Source of the DNA: a virus
DNA: 64,000 nt
IMG/VR virus record: IMGVR_UViG_3300013947_000002
Location: 34,281 to 98,280 of that record
Reading direction: 5' to 3' (one strand)
A program made the position numbers and the translations under genes. This document shows positions 25,890-35,725 of this stretch, in pieces. Below the pieces are notes generated by a model. That model saw nothing but the letters and a program-made list of their open reading frames with translations, searched no databases and was not told where the DNA came from. Position 1 is the stretch's first letter, and every line of letters starts with the position of its first letter.

Positions 25890-26444
25890 ATGATTCCGTA
25901 TTCACTGTGGTTAGACGTACTGAAAGAATTTGAAGAAAGGATGAAGAAAGACATGAAATTTGAGTACAAATTTTACGAAAAGAATCTAGCGCCAAAGTGG
26001 CTAGAGGGCGATTATGATCTTCATATTGAGGGCAATCGCATGGTTATGACGAGCAAGGATGGCAAGCAGGTTGAGACGCACTGCCATCCAGATGACGATT
26101 GGCAGTTACAGGTTGGGCTTGATGAGCTGAAGGATAGAATGGATAAGGCGAAGAAGCCAAGGGAGATTAAGGTTGGAGATGTTGTTAAAGTAAAGTTCCC
26201 GCAGAAGTATGGTTCTACAGACTTGACAAGTTTCTTTGAAGAAAACAATATTCCTGTAGAGTGCATTATTCGTGTTGTTCAGGCTAATTCAAACCTTAAT
26301 ATGCCGTCCATTGATTACAAATACCGCGTTTTGGCTATTGGATGTTTGTCTGCAAAGAGCGGCAAAAAATTGGCTTTAATCAAAAGCAATGTAACCGCAT
26401 ACCTGTATGTAGTTGACTATGACAATCTGAGGTTAGTAGAATGA
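25890..26444 (+). CDS. hypothetical protein
   Basis: ATG follows GAGGAGGA. Confidence 0.55.
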   Translation: MIPYSLWLDVLKEFEERMKKDMKFEYKFYEKNLAPKWLEGDYDLHIEGNRMVMTSKDGKQVETHCHPDDDWQLQVGLDELKDRMDKAKKPREIKVGDVVKVKFPQKYGSTDLTSFFEENNIPVECIIRVVQANSNLNMPSIDYKYRVLAIGCLSAKSGKKLALIKSNVTAYLYVVDYDNLRLVE

Positions 26445-26737
26445 TCGAGATGCACAATGAGGTCGTGGAGGCCGTTGTAGAGCAGTACAAGGGCGCTGAT
26501 GAGGATATTGCGGCTGATTGCTTGGTATATTTATCTAGCCTAAAAGTCCTGCCATTAGCGTACACAGCGACCACGGCACTAGAATCAATGGGGCGATGCC
26601 CTACTTGCGGCTGTAAGCTAGAGTCATACACTCATAGGGTGTATCATAGCGAAGTTGATGAGCCGCCGTATTATGAGTCAGTCACAGAGGTATATTGCCC
26701 ATATTGCGACATCAGAGGAGGAGATTATGTCGGATAA
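26441..26737 (+). CDS. hypothetical Zn-ribbon protein
   Basis: ATGA-coupled. Contains CPTCGC...CPYCD. Confidence 0.5.
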   Translation: MIEMHNEVVEAVVEQYKGADEDIAADCLVYLSSLKVLPLAYTATTALESMGRCPTCGCKLESYTHRVYHSEVDEPPYYESVTEVYCPYCDIRGGDYVG

Positions 26738-26936
26738 TAAATTACATGACGTACTGAAAGCCGAACTTGAGCCTAAATTTCAGAGCTATTTCAATCAGGG
26801 CTTGATGACCGGCTGGGATGCTTGTATCTATGAGATTGACAAGCTGACGAACGGCCTGACTTCTGCCAAAGCAATCAAAGAGGTAATTAAGCGCAAGGTG
26901 GCTGAAGCCAATACAAGAGGAAAGAAGAATGGATGA
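26727..26936 (+). CDS. hypothetical protein
   Basis: ATG follows GAGGAGGAG. Confidence 0.5.
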   Translation: MSDNKLHDVLKAELEPKFQSYFNQGLMTGWDACIYEIDKLTNGLTSAKAIKEVIKRKVAEANTRGKKNG

Positions 26937-27008
26937 TGTATGGCGGCTGGGTGTGTTTATGCTTCTATGGCTCGGCTTAATGTTCTATGAAATCAAGAAA
27001 GGTGATGT

Positions 27009-27278
27009 ATGAAAGACAAAAATCATCTATTGCCACTGTGGATTGCTGGCGGCTCGATATTATTTGTATCAGCCGCTATGCCGCTTATTGACTCTATGGT
27101 TACATGGATTTCATCGGCTATTAATGCGCATATTAACCGTATGCAGATTGACTTAGAGCTTGACCAAAGAGAGGCACAGGCTGCTGCTGAGACGATTAAG
27201 CCAACACCTCAGATGACACAAGCCATTGGGTTTCATGTTGATTCTGAATCTGAATATGAGGATGATGATTATGAGTAA
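27009..27278 (+). CDS. membrane-anchored hypothetical protein
   Basis: N-terminal TM segment LLPLWIAGGSILFVSAAMPLI. Confidence 0.5.
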   Translation: MKDKNHLLPLWIAGGSILFVSAAMPLIDSMVTWISSAINAHINRMQIDLELDQREAQAAAETIKPTPQMTQAIGFHVDSESEYEDDDYE

Positions 27279-27468
27279 ACGCCCCTGCCACGTCTGGCAA
27301 ATCCCATGTATGCGTTGTGATTATCAATCTGATTGCGATAAGTACGTGAAAATTGATAATCGCATGGTTGCACAAAGAGAAAAAATGTGGAATGATGCCG
27401 ATTTGAATTGTATGGACTGCATCTTGAGGACGGTGCTGAAGATGAAGAAGGAGGGCAAGACGGCGTAA
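27271..27468 (+). CDS. hypothetical Cys-rich protein
   Basis: Coupled ORF. Confidence 0.45.
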   Translation: MSKRPCHVWQIPCMRCDYQSDCDKYVKIDNRMVAQREKMWNDADLNCMDCILRTVLKMKKEGKTA

Positions 27469-27791
27469 TGGAATGGATTGAAAAAATTGTATGGCATGAG
27501 GTTGTGAGTAGACCGCCTACTGAACAAGAAAATGAATGGGCGGCTGAATGTGGACTTGCCGAATCAGAATATCCACCATACGTCTTTGACTGTGAAATGC
27601 CAGATGATAACCGTGATATTCTAGTATTGGGAAAAAGTGGCGATGTGTGGCAGGACACCTGCATGGCTGACGATGGATACGCTGGCTACAATTCGCTATA
27701 TCTGGATAATCATGGCGATTGGGATGATGTTGTAGCATGGGCTTATATGCCCACTGGCAAGAGAGATATGGAGGCGGCTGATGCCAGCTAA
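27468..27791 (+). CDS. hypothetical acidic protein
   Basis: Coupled ORF. Confidence 0.5.
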   Translation: MEWIEKIVWHEVVSRPPTEQENEWAAECGLAESEYPPYVFDCEMPDDNRDILVLGKSGDVWQDTCMADDGYAGYNSLYLDNHGDWDDVVAWAYMPTGKRDMEAADAS

Positions 27792-27809
27792 ATCATCTGA
27801 AAATAATTC

Positions 27810-27838
27810 TTGACATCTAGTTGATTCTGTGGTATAAT
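27810..27838 (+). promoter_or_regulatory. promoter of free-standing homing-endonuclease cassette A
   Basis: TTGACA 27810-15, 17 nt spacer, TGG-TATAAT 27833-38. Confidence 0.65.
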
Positions 27839-27844
27839 ATAATA

Positions 27845-27948
27845 GAGGTGAGAAGTGGGTGCGCACCTACGATCTTTAAGGGAAGGTTGCTTGTCTCAAT
27901 CTTCCCTACTCTAATAAATTAAATTCTTAGACAAGGAGAATATTAAAT
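27845..27948 (+). promoter_or_regulatory. conserved three-hairpin 5' leader (copy A)
   Basis: AATAGAGGT..., hairpins GTGGGTGC/GCACCTAC, AGGGAAG/CTTCCCT and ATTCT/AGAAT. The last hairpin covers the SD. Homologous to 34927-35029. Confidence 0.55.
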
Positions 27949-28575
27949 ATTAAGAAATTTGGTAAAGAACATCCTAATTTTAAGGGGAATGAGTGGCGTA
28001 TCGATGGTAATGTTGCAATCGGTATAGATGCTAGAGGGAATGAATTTTTGATTGATATCGCAGACATGGACGCTGTGAGTTATCATAGATGGAGTGGGCG
28101 AGATAAATCATCAAGACGTGCTTTGGGTGGCATTTATTTTACTGCTAGAATGTCGCGTACAGCACCTACTGGCAACAAAATTAAAATGTTGCAGAATTTT
28201 ATATGGGAGATACATAATGGTGAAATTCCTGATGGATATATGGTTGATCATATAAATATGAAGCCCTATGATAACCGCTATTCTAATTTGCGCCTAGCCA
28301 ATAAGAGTGTCAACGCTTTTAATGCACAGCGCATAAACAAAGTAAGCAATTGTGGTATTGTAGGCGTTATGAAGGTCAAAGATAATACTAAATATAAAGC
28401 TGGTCAATACCGCGCGTATATTTCATACGGTGGTAAACGACATGAATTAGGATATTATAAAAATATAGAAGACGCAATTATCGAACGGCTCAAAGCAGAG
28501 CTTGAGCATTTTGGAGAAATTTGTCCAAATAATAGAGAGTTATATAAAGAGTATGAGGATAGAGTGAATGGTTAA
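27949..28575 (+). CDS. HNH endonuclease with AP2-like DNA-binding domain (free-standing)
   Basis: DHINMKPYDNRYSNLRLANKSVNAFN (HNH), and GVMKVKDN..YRAYISYGGKRHELGYYKNIEDA (AP2-like). The frame is open from 27931. The likely start is ATT, 10 nt after AAGGAG. The first canonical start is the TTG at 28048. Confidence 0.7.
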   Translation: MKKFGKEHPNFKGNEWRIDGNVAIGIDARGNEFLIDIADMDAVSYHRWSGRDKSSRRALGGIYFTARMSRTAPTGNKIKMLQNFIWEIHNGEIPDGYMVDHINMKPYDNRYSNLRLANKSVNAFNAQRINKVSNCGIVGVMKVKDNTKYKAGQYRAYISYGGKRHELGYYKNIEDAIIERLKAELEHFGEICPNNRELYKEYEDRVNG

Positions 28576-29974
28576 TAAAGGCGCATCTAGGCCATATCTA
28601 AAATGCATCGGCGCATCGGCTGTTGGTGTTACTCAATCATGCTATATGGTTCGTTTTCAAAAATACTGTATTATGTTAGATTGCGGCATTTACCAAGAGA
28701 GCGACATCCTTACTAATTACAGACAGAATCAAGCGTTGCTTAAAAAGATTAAGCCAAGAGAGGTGGATTGGCTTATTTTACATGAGGCTCATGCCGATCA
28801 CACATGTCTTGTTCCGGCTCTATATGCTAAAGGATGTCAAGCTCATATCATATGCCCAAAAGGAACTACGGCTTATCTTAAGGTGTTATGGGAAGATTCT
28901 TGTAAAATAATGACGCAGGATTGTCAAAAGATTACAAACAAGCACGGGATTAAAGCTGCGCCATTATATACACCGGATGATATTGCGACAGCTCTTAGTA
29001 GATGTATCGAAGTCGAGGCATTGACAAAATACAACTTAACACCTAATATTGTACTAACATATTATCCAGCCAATCACATTATCAATTCGTGCCAATTATC
29101 ACTTGTAATGACGCAAGGCTATCAACGTAAAGTGTTAAATTTTACTGGTGATATTGGAGGAAAAACGTCGCAGTTTTATCTTGAGTCAAGAGTTGATTTG
29201 CCGTTCTGCGACGTGCTGCTTGGTGAAAACACATATAATGCCATTGGGCGCAACAACAAGCCGTATGATAGGCAGAAAGATTTAGATAAGATTGAAGCCG
29301 TTCTTAATCAGTCTAAACGAACACTGTTCCCTGTATTTGCATTAGGTCGATGCCAAAGTATATTAACTATACTATACCAGTTGTGGAAAGATAACAAGAT
29401 TCCGCACGATGTTCAAGTATATGTAGATTCGCCTATGGCCCAAAAGATATGTGCTTTATATCCAGAAGACGATGTGCTGTGGAATGAAGTATATCATTGG
29501 GATAAATTGCAGTTTGTGCCTGACCACGCAACTACATTATTACTTCAAAATACAAAACCAACTCATCCTATGGTGGTTTGCTCGTCTGCGGGTATGCTAT
29601 CGGGCGGTAAGAGTATATCATGGGCTAAGGCGTTACTGCCAGACCCAAATGCCCATATTATGTTCTGCGGTTATAGCTCTGAAAATACGCTTGCTTCAAA
29701 GATTAGATTTGGTGAGAGAAAGATTAGTATTGAAGGTGACGTGGTTGAGAACAATGCTAATATCACGGAGCTTGTGTCATTCTCGTCTCATGCCTCGCGC
29801 GATGAATTGATTAATTATTACGCAAATACGTTGCGTTTCAACAAGCTCTGCCTGGTACATGGCAATTATGACAATAAAGTCGAATTTGCCCATACTCTAC
29901 AAGATGCGCTTGTTAAACAGGGTAAATCAAATAGGGTTGTAGTGACCCAACAAGACCAGAGAATTTTTATCTGA
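28568..29974 (+). CDS. metallo-beta-lactamase fold beta-CASP-type nuclease
   Basis: LILHEAHADH (HxHxDH) and the later FSSHASRDEL motif. 468 aa. Confidence 0.7.
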   Translation: MVNKGASRPYLKCIGASAVGVTQSCYMVRFQKYCIMLDCGIYQESDILTNYRQNQALLKKIKPREVDWLILHEAHADHTCLVPALYAKGCQAHIICPKGTTAYLKVLWEDSCKIMTQDCQKITNKHGIKAAPLYTPDDIATALSRCIEVEALTKYNLTPNIVLTYYPANHIINSCQLSLVMTQGYQRKVLNFTGDIGGKTSQFYLESRVDLPFCDVLLGENTYNAIGRNNKPYDRQKDLDKIEAVLNQSKRTLFPVFALGRCQSILTILYQLWKDNKIPHDVQVYVDSPMAQKICALYPEDDVLWNEVYHWDKLQFVPDHATTLLLQNTKPTHPMVVCSSAGMLSGGKSISWAKALLPDPNAHIMFCGYSSENTLASKIRFGERKISIEGDVVENNANITELVSFSSHASRDELINYYANTLRFNKLCLVHGNYDNKVEFAHTLQDALVKQGKSNRVVVTQQDQRIFI

Positions 29975-29994
29975 AAAAATTAAATAAAACCCTA

Positions 29995-30023
29995 TTGACA
30001 ACCGCTCTAATCTATGATATAAT
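29995..30023 (+). promoter_or_regulatory. sigma-A-like promoter
   Basis: TTGACA 29995-30000, 17 nt spacer, TGA-TATAAT 30018-23. Confidence 0.65.
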
Positions 30024-30118
30024 CCAAGTATCAAATGAAAGGAGCGGTTGTTATTATGACCACTGAAAAACTGTATGACGCAATCAAGACATGACGCGAT
30101 TCTTGTAATGCTGAGGGT

Positions 30119-30703
30119 ATGACCAGTACGGCGTTTGAGATGAATAAGGTGATGGAGCAACTCGAATCCGATATGCTCCTTGCTGAAGCGAAGAAATCCG
30201 GCACTAAGCCGATTGTCACAGCGGCGAATCGGATTATCAAGAATGCACAGACTATGCCGAGAGAAATGTTGTGGGGTATGTTCACCAATCAGAACGAGGA
30301 CGGCTCGACCTTATATTGTGTATGCGATGGTTATGTGGCTGTGCGGTTTAAGGAAAAGCCGCTCCTGCCTGAGATTGATAGTAAATATCATGGGCAAGAA
30401 ATGCAACTTGAGCAGATTATTAAAAAGGGCGATGGAGCTAGAGAAATTGGCCTGCCTGATATTGGCGAACTCAAGGTATATGTCAAAACGCATAAAATCA
30501 AGAAAACAAAAACAACTGAGGCTGGATTTGAGCCGTATCTGCTCAATGAAGAAATTGGCTTGTGGGTCAATCCTCAGTATTTGCTGAACGGCATGGAGTG
30601 CTTGCCTGATTGCAAGGCATATGCTACTAATGCGATTAGCGGCGTATATATGGAGTCTAAAAATGGCGATGGGCTGGTATTGCCGGTGAGAAAGAATAAA
30701 TAA
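30119..30703 (+). CDS. hypothetical protein whose C-terminus faintly resembles a sliding-clamp end
   Basis: The ORF in the track starts at 30119. An SD-preceded ATG at 30056 is in the same frame but separated by TGA at 30092-94. Confidence 0.5.
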   Translation: MTSTAFEMNKVMEQLESDMLLAEAKKSGTKPIVTAANRIIKNAQTMPREMLWGMFTNQNEDGSTLYCVCDGYVAVRFKEKPLLPEIDSKYHGQEMQLEQIIKKGDGAREIGLPDIGELKVYVKTHKIKKTKTTEAGFEPYLLNEEIGLWVNPQYLLNGMECLPDCKAYATNAISGVYMESKNGDGLVLPVRKNK

Positions 30704-30717
30704 GGAGGATTGAAAAT

Positions 30718-31038
30718 ATGGAATACAATATTGGGGATATTATCAAGCTCAAGAATGATGCTGGTGTATTTAAGGTTGAAATTAAGAGAAAAATGGAAAC
30801 AAATCAAGCCATTCAAGGATATGACGATGATTGCAGGTTTGATGGCGAGATGCGGCTCGAGGTGCATCATAGGGATTATGGTGAATATATCATCACTATG
30901 ACGAGCCGTGAAGAATCTAACGACACTGGTAGAATTATTGTATGCTGGCTTAATACTTGTAACGACGAGGTTGAATATTATCTTGGGCAGATTATTCAGT
31001 ACGAAGAAAAAGAAGACGTGTTCGAGCTGATGAAGTGA
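30718..31038 (+). CDS. hypothetical protein
   Basis: ATG follows AAGGAGGA. Confidence 0.55.
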   Translation: MEYNIGDIIKLKNDAGVFKVEIKRKMETNQAIQGYDDDCRFDGEMRLEVHHRDYGEYIITMTSREESNDTGRIIVCWLNTCNDEVEYYLGQIIQYEEKEDVFELMK

Positions 31039-34000
31039 TGAGTAAGAATTATACGATTCTTCACCTTCATTCCATGCTGTCTAACGGTGTAACTAATATT
31101 GATTCAGTCACACGGTACGACCAATATATAAATCGTGCCGCAGAGCTTGGCATGAAGGCTATTGCGTTCAGTGAACATGGGTCTGTTTTTCAGTGGGTTA
31201 GGAAAAAATTGTACGCCGAAGAAATGGGCTTAAAATTTATTGCAGCTGAAGAATTTTATCTAACTCAAACCCTATCAGAAAAAATTCGCGACAACTATCA
31301 CTGTCTGCTTATCGCCAAGAATTATGATGGCGTACTAGAGCTAAACAAGTTATCAACTAAATCATTCAATCGTGATGATAATTCATTCTACTATGTTCCG
31401 CGAATCACGATTGATGATGTGAAAAATACAAGCGACAATATTATCGTAAGCACGGCTTGCTTGGGCGGCGTTCTTAATAAAGCGCCAGATGATGTCAGAT
31501 GGGATTTTTATCATTGGTTATGTGAGCATAAAGATCGCTGTTTCCTTGAGATTCAGCCCCATCTTGACCCGGCTCAAAAGAGCTACAATAACACGCTATG
31601 GGCGCTATCCAAACAGAGCGGATTGCGGTTGTTAATGTGTACTGACACCCATGCGCTCAATTCTACCCATGTAGATGGGCGGCGCATTTTGCAGAAAGCC
31701 AAGAATATTCACTTTGATGGCGAAGACCGGTTTCACCTTGAGATGATGAACTACGATGAACTAGTTCAGCTATGCCGTATGCAAGATGTGCTTCCCATGG
31801 ATGTGTATCTGGACGCTATCGAGATGACCAATACTGTGGCTGATATGGTTGAGCCGTTCGAGCTTGATTATAGCTATAAATATCCTCATCTATGGGGCGA
31901 TGATAGCGAGGCTGTGCTTAGAGCTAAGATAGCAGATGGCATTAAATGGCGCGGCGTTGATAAACTATCTAATTATCAAGAATACCTAGACCGCATTGAA
32001 TATGAAATGAAGGCGTACATTCATAACGGCGCCATTGACTTTATGCTGCTCATGGAAGATATTGTTACTTGGTGTAGAACGCAAGATATTCAGATTGGAT
32101 ATGGGCGCGGCTCTTGCACCGGCAGTTTGATTGCTTACCTGCTTGGCATTACTGAGATGGATAGCATTAAGCATAAGCTTAATTTCGATCGCTTCATGAA
32201 TGTCGAGCGCGTATCATTGTCTGATATCGACTCGGATATACCGCCTAACAGAATTGATGAAGTAAAGAATTATGTATTTAACAAGCATGGGTTGTATTGT
32301 GCCGATATTGTTACATTTAATACCATTGCTCTAAAGGGTGCTATTCGGGATGTTGGTAGGGCACTTGAAATGTCGCTTGATGAGGTGGGCGATATTTGCA
32401 ATAAGGTTGAACAAGACGAGGCCGGATGCCGCGCCAAATACCCAGAGCTATTTAAGTATGTAGATATTGTTAATGGTTGTGTTGTATCGGTTGGCAACCA
32501 TCCATCAGGAATGATTGTTGCGCCGCATAGCATTGATGACTGCATGGGGTTATTTACTACAACAACCGATACCGTGCCAATCAGCCAAATCAATATGAAA
32601 GAGGTTGACTTGCAGAATTATGTAAAGCTCGACTTGTTAAAGCTGATTACGATACAGATTATCAATGAGACGTGTAAGATGTGTGGAATTGAGCGCTTAA
32701 CACCTGATAATATTGATGTTGCAGACAACGCCGTGTGGCGTTCTATCAGAGATGATACGACAGCAATATTTCAGTGGGAATCAGGCAGCGCAAGGCAGTA
32801 TATAGCCAAGTTGCTATCAGATACAACCATTGCCAAGTTGCGCAAGGTTCAGCCAGATATCGACTATATCACATTGCTGTCTATGGGCAATGGTGCGATT
32901 CGTCCTGCTGGTGCATCATACCGCGATGAGCTTGCCAATGGCGATGTTCGCACATATGACAATGAGGCTATTAACCATTTCATGTCTGATACGTTCGGCT
33001 TTCTTATCTTCCAATGCCAGATTATCGGATTTTTGCATAAATACTGCGGTTATACTATGGGCGAGGCCGATGTGGTGCGCCGCCATTTCGCCAAGAAGAC
33101 GGGTACAGATAAGGATATACCGCAAATTAAGGCTGGATTCGCTAAGACAATGGCTGAGCAATACGGCATGAGCCAAGAGCAATCTGATAAAACCATAGCG
33201 GATTTTATTCAGGTCATTGAGGATGCCAGCAATTACTTGTTCTCTCTCAACCATAGTCAGCCATATAGCTATGAGGGCTATGCAGAGGGATGGCTTAGAT
33301 ATTATTATCCGTTTCAGTTCTTGACAGTGTGCCTAAATGTCAATCAGGGCGACAATTCTGAGACATCGGCTCTGACCGCCTATGCTCATAAGATGGGCAT
33401 TAAAATCAAGTCGCCGCGATTCCGTCATTCTCGCTCGGATTATTTTTGCGATACTGCTGAAAATGTAATCTATAAGGGGCTTGGCTCAATTAAGTATATG
33501 AGCGCAGATGTGGCTGAAGCTCTGTATGGTATGCGCGATATGCAGTTTAAGAATTTTATTGATGTGCTGTTTGCCATCCAGCAGCTTGAATCAAAGCCTG
33601 ATTCGCGCCAACTTGATATTCTAGTCAAGATCGGCTATTTTGACGAATTTGGCCCACCCAAAGCGCTATTGATTGGCATTGAGATTTTTAATAAATTTTC
33701 AAAATGCAAGACAATTAAACTTGACAAATGGCGCGAAATAGGGTATAATGTAGATATGCTTGCGCCCTATGCCGGTAAGATGACGGATAAGACGGCGAGC
33801 CAGCTTGATAATCGTGGTATTGTACTGGCCATCCTACGTTCAATGGAAATGCCAAAAACAACGATTATTGATAGGCTAAAATGGCAATCTGAGCTACTTG
33901 GCTATGTTGATACTTGTGACCCTAAATCGCCCATTACAGATTGGCTTGTGCTTGATGTTAAGACAACTGGTTATGGCACGGTATATTGCCGCCTGTATAA

Positions 34001-34190
34001 TATCAGCATTGGCATTGAGCGTGAAATGCGGGCGAATCGGCAATTTTGGGCTAAGAACAAATTAGAGCGTGGAGACGCAATTAGAGCTGTGACGCAAGAG
34101 AAAAATAAGATGAAAAAGGATGAAAATGGTGAATGGGTGAGAACTAGTGAGGTTTACACCGAATTGAAATGCTGGTCTAGGATTGATTAA
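31035..34190 (+). CDS. DNA polymerase III alpha-type (DnaE/YorL-like) replicative polymerase
   Basis: PHP motifs LHLHSMLSNG and FSEHGSV, plus the palm segment GYGRGSCTGSLIAYLLGIT. 1051 aa. Confidence 0.85.
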   Translation: MMSKNYTILHLHSMLSNGVTNIDSVTRYDQYINRAAELGMKAIAFSEHGSVFQWVRKKLYAEEMGLKFIAAEEFYLTQTLSEKIRDNYHCLLIAKNYDGVLELNKLSTKSFNRDDNSFYYVPRITIDDVKNTSDNIIVSTACLGGVLNKAPDDVRWDFYHWLCEHKDRCFLEIQPHLDPAQKSYNNTLWALSKQSGLRLLMCTDTHALNSTHVDGRRILQKAKNIHFDGEDRFHLEMMNYDELVQLCRMQDVLPMDVYLDAIEMTNTVADMVEPFELDYSYKYPHLWGDDSEAVLRAKIADGIKWRGVDKLSNYQEYLDRIEYEMKAYIHNGAIDFMLLMEDIVTWCRTQDIQIGYGRGSCTGSLIAYLLGITEMDSIKHKLNFDRFMNVERVSLSDIDSDIPPNRIDEVKNYVFNKHGLYCADIVTFNTIALKGAIRDVGRALEMSLDEVGDICNKVEQDEAGCRAKYPELFKYVDIVNGCVVSVGNHPSGMIVAPHSIDDCMGLFTTTTDTVPISQINMKEVDLQNYVKLDLLKLITIQIINETCKMCGIERLTPDNIDVADNAVWRSIRDDTTAIFQWESGSARQYIAKLLSDTTIAKLRKVQPDIDYITLLSMGNGAIRPAGASYRDELANGDVRTYDNEAINHFMSDTFGFLIFQCQIIGFLHKYCGYTMGEADVVRRHFAKKTGTDKDIPQIKAGFAKTMAEQYGMSQEQSDKTIADFIQVIEDASNYLFSLNHSQPYSYEGYAEGWLRYYYPFQFLTVCLNVNQGDNSETSALTAYAHKMGIKIKSPRFRHSRSDYFCDTAENVIYKGLGSIKYMSADVAEALYGMRDMQFKNFIDVLFAIQQLESKPDSRQLDILVKIGYFDEFGPPKALLIGIEIFNKFSKCKTIKLDKWREIGYNVDMLAPYAGKMTDKTASQLDNRGIVLAILRSMEMPKTTIIDRLKWQSELLGYVDTCDPKSPITDWLVLDVKTTGYGTVYCRLYNISIGIEREMRANRQFWAKNKLERGDAIRAVTQEKNKMKKDENGEWVRTSEVYTELKCWSRID
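33721..33749 (+). promoter_or_regulatory. consensus promoter internal to the polymerase gene
   Basis: TTGACA 33721-26, 17 nt spacer, TATAAT 33744-49. Confidence 0.35.
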
Positions 34191-34218
34191 ATTTAAGGAG
34201 GATTAAGTAAGTAAAAGT

Positions 34219-34878
34219 ATGGGTATCAGTGTGATGATTTTGGGCGATAGTGGCAGTGGCAAATCTGCCTCTATGCGCAACTTTAGTGGTAACGATGTGG
34301 CGATTCTAAATGTTGCATCCAAGCCGCTCCCATTCCGCAACAAGAATGGGCTAAAGATGGCCAATAAAGCCACATATGAAATGATTAAGGGTGCTGTATC
34401 AAGCAATCGCGCACCGAGCTACGTTATTGATGACGCACAGTACCTTATGGCGTTTGAGAGCTTTGCTAAAGCCAATGAAACAGGATACGGCAAGTTCACC
34501 GTAATGGCTAAGAATTATGAAGAAATGCTGCGTTATGTGCAGGAGGAAACTAGCCCAGATACAATCGTGTATGTTATGCAACATATCGAAACGGATGAAA
34601 ATGGCAAGGTTAAGGCTAAGACGCTAGGCAAGATGCTAGATCAGCAGCTTACAGTAGAGGGGCTATTTACCATTGTCTTGCTTTGCGAGGCAGACGAAAC
34701 CGGGCATCACTTTATCACTCAGTCCGATGGTACAAATCCGGCCAAGTCGCCTATGGGTATGTTTGATTCCGTAAAGATTGATAATGACCTAAAGATGGTT
34801 GATGATGCCATTAGAGACTATTATGGGTTGAAAAAGCCAAAAAATACAAGTAAGTCTACTACGGCAAAAGCCGAGTAA
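34219..34878 (+). CDS. P-loop ATPase (AAA_24/Sak4-like recombination ATPase)
   Basis: Walker A ILGDSGSGKSAS, Walker B-like YVIDDAQ. About 220 aa. Confidence 0.6.
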   Translation: MGISVMILGDSGSGKSASMRNFSGNDVAILNVASKPLPFRNKNGLKMANKATYEMIKGAVSSNRAPSYVIDDAQYLMAFESFAKANETGYGKFTVMAKNYEEMLRYVQEETSPDTIVYVMQHIETDENGKVKAKTLGKMLDQQLTVEGLFTIVLLCEADETGHHFITQSDGTNPAKSPMGMFDSVKIDNDLKMVDDAIRDYYGLKKPKNTSKSTTAKAE

Positions 34879-34897
34879 AATATAATTGAAATAATAC

Positions 34898-34926
34898 TTG
34901 ACAAATAGCAAGTATTGTGGTATAAT
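34898..34926 (+). promoter_or_regulatory. promoter of free-standing homing-endonuclease cassette B
   Basis: TTGACA 34898-903, 17 nt spacer, TGG-TATAAT 34921-26. Confidence 0.65.
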
Positions 34927-35029
34927 AAAATAGAGGTCAAAGCTTGGTTGCAAACTAGCTTAGTTTAAGAGGGTTGCCTATATCAACCCTCTACTCTAAA
35001 TTAAATCTTATATAGGGAGATTGATAAGT
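34927..35029 (+). promoter_or_regulatory. conserved three-hairpin 5' leader (copy B)
   Basis: AATAGAGGT..., hairpins AAGCT/AGCTT, AGAGGGTTG/CAACCCTCT and AATCT/AGATT. The stems covary with copy A. Confidence 0.55.
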
Positions 35030-35725
35030 ATGGGTAAAATCGGGTAACATTCATCTAATTTCATTGATATGACTGGATGGAAAATGTGGGAGCATGGAAT
35101 CTCTGACAGCAGGTTAATTATAATTAAACAAGCACCAATCAAGAAAAGAAAAAAGGCTTATTGGATATGTAAATGTTCTTGTGGGAATCCGTCATATTTT
35201 ATTGTAGAGGGAACGTGTATAAGGTCTGGAAATACATTATCATGTGGGTGTGTGAAAAAAGATAGACATCCGCAGTCACATGGCTAATCAAAAAGTAAAC
35301 TATATGCAGTTTGGGTTGCAATGAAAAAGCGGTGCGAAAACGCAAACAGCCATGATTACGTTAGATATGGGGGACGTGGGATATGCGTATGTGATGAATG
35401 GAAAACATATGAACCATTCTATAATTGGGCAATGAATAATGGATATTTAGAAGGCCTAGAGTTAGACAGGGTGGATAATGATGGCAATTATTGCCCGGAA
35501 AATTGTCGATGGACAACACATCGAGAACAATGTAGAAATAGAAGTACAAATATTTGGATAGAGTATAATGGCAAGAAACTATCTCCAAGAGAATGGAGTA
35601 AAATAACGGGCATTCCAGACGCAACTATTAGAGCAAGGCTACAATGCGGGTGGACGTCTGAAGAAGCTATTTTAGTACCATACAAAATGAAAAGGAAGGC
35701 GTATTATAATGAGAAAAATCAGTAA
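35030..35725 (+). pseudogene. homing-endonuclease paralog broken by two in-frame TAA codons
   Basis: ATG at 35030 follows GGGAGA. TAA at 35045-47 and 35285-87. Otherwise a continuous frame with CKCSCG..CGC and YAVWVAMKKRCEN..YGGRGICVCDEW..DRVDNDGNYCPENCRW. Confidence 0.65.

Noticed and set aside
30119-30703. Calling this protein a DNA sliding clamp
   Set aside because: Only the last roughly 20 residues faintly resemble a DnaN C-terminus, and 194 aa is far too short for a clamp. It is left as hypothetical.
32830-33254. Internal and antisense ORFs within the DNA polymerase gene (32830-33171 +, 32916-33254 -, and others)
   Set aside because: They are nested in a gene with continuous, motif-bearing translation and have no independent translation signals.
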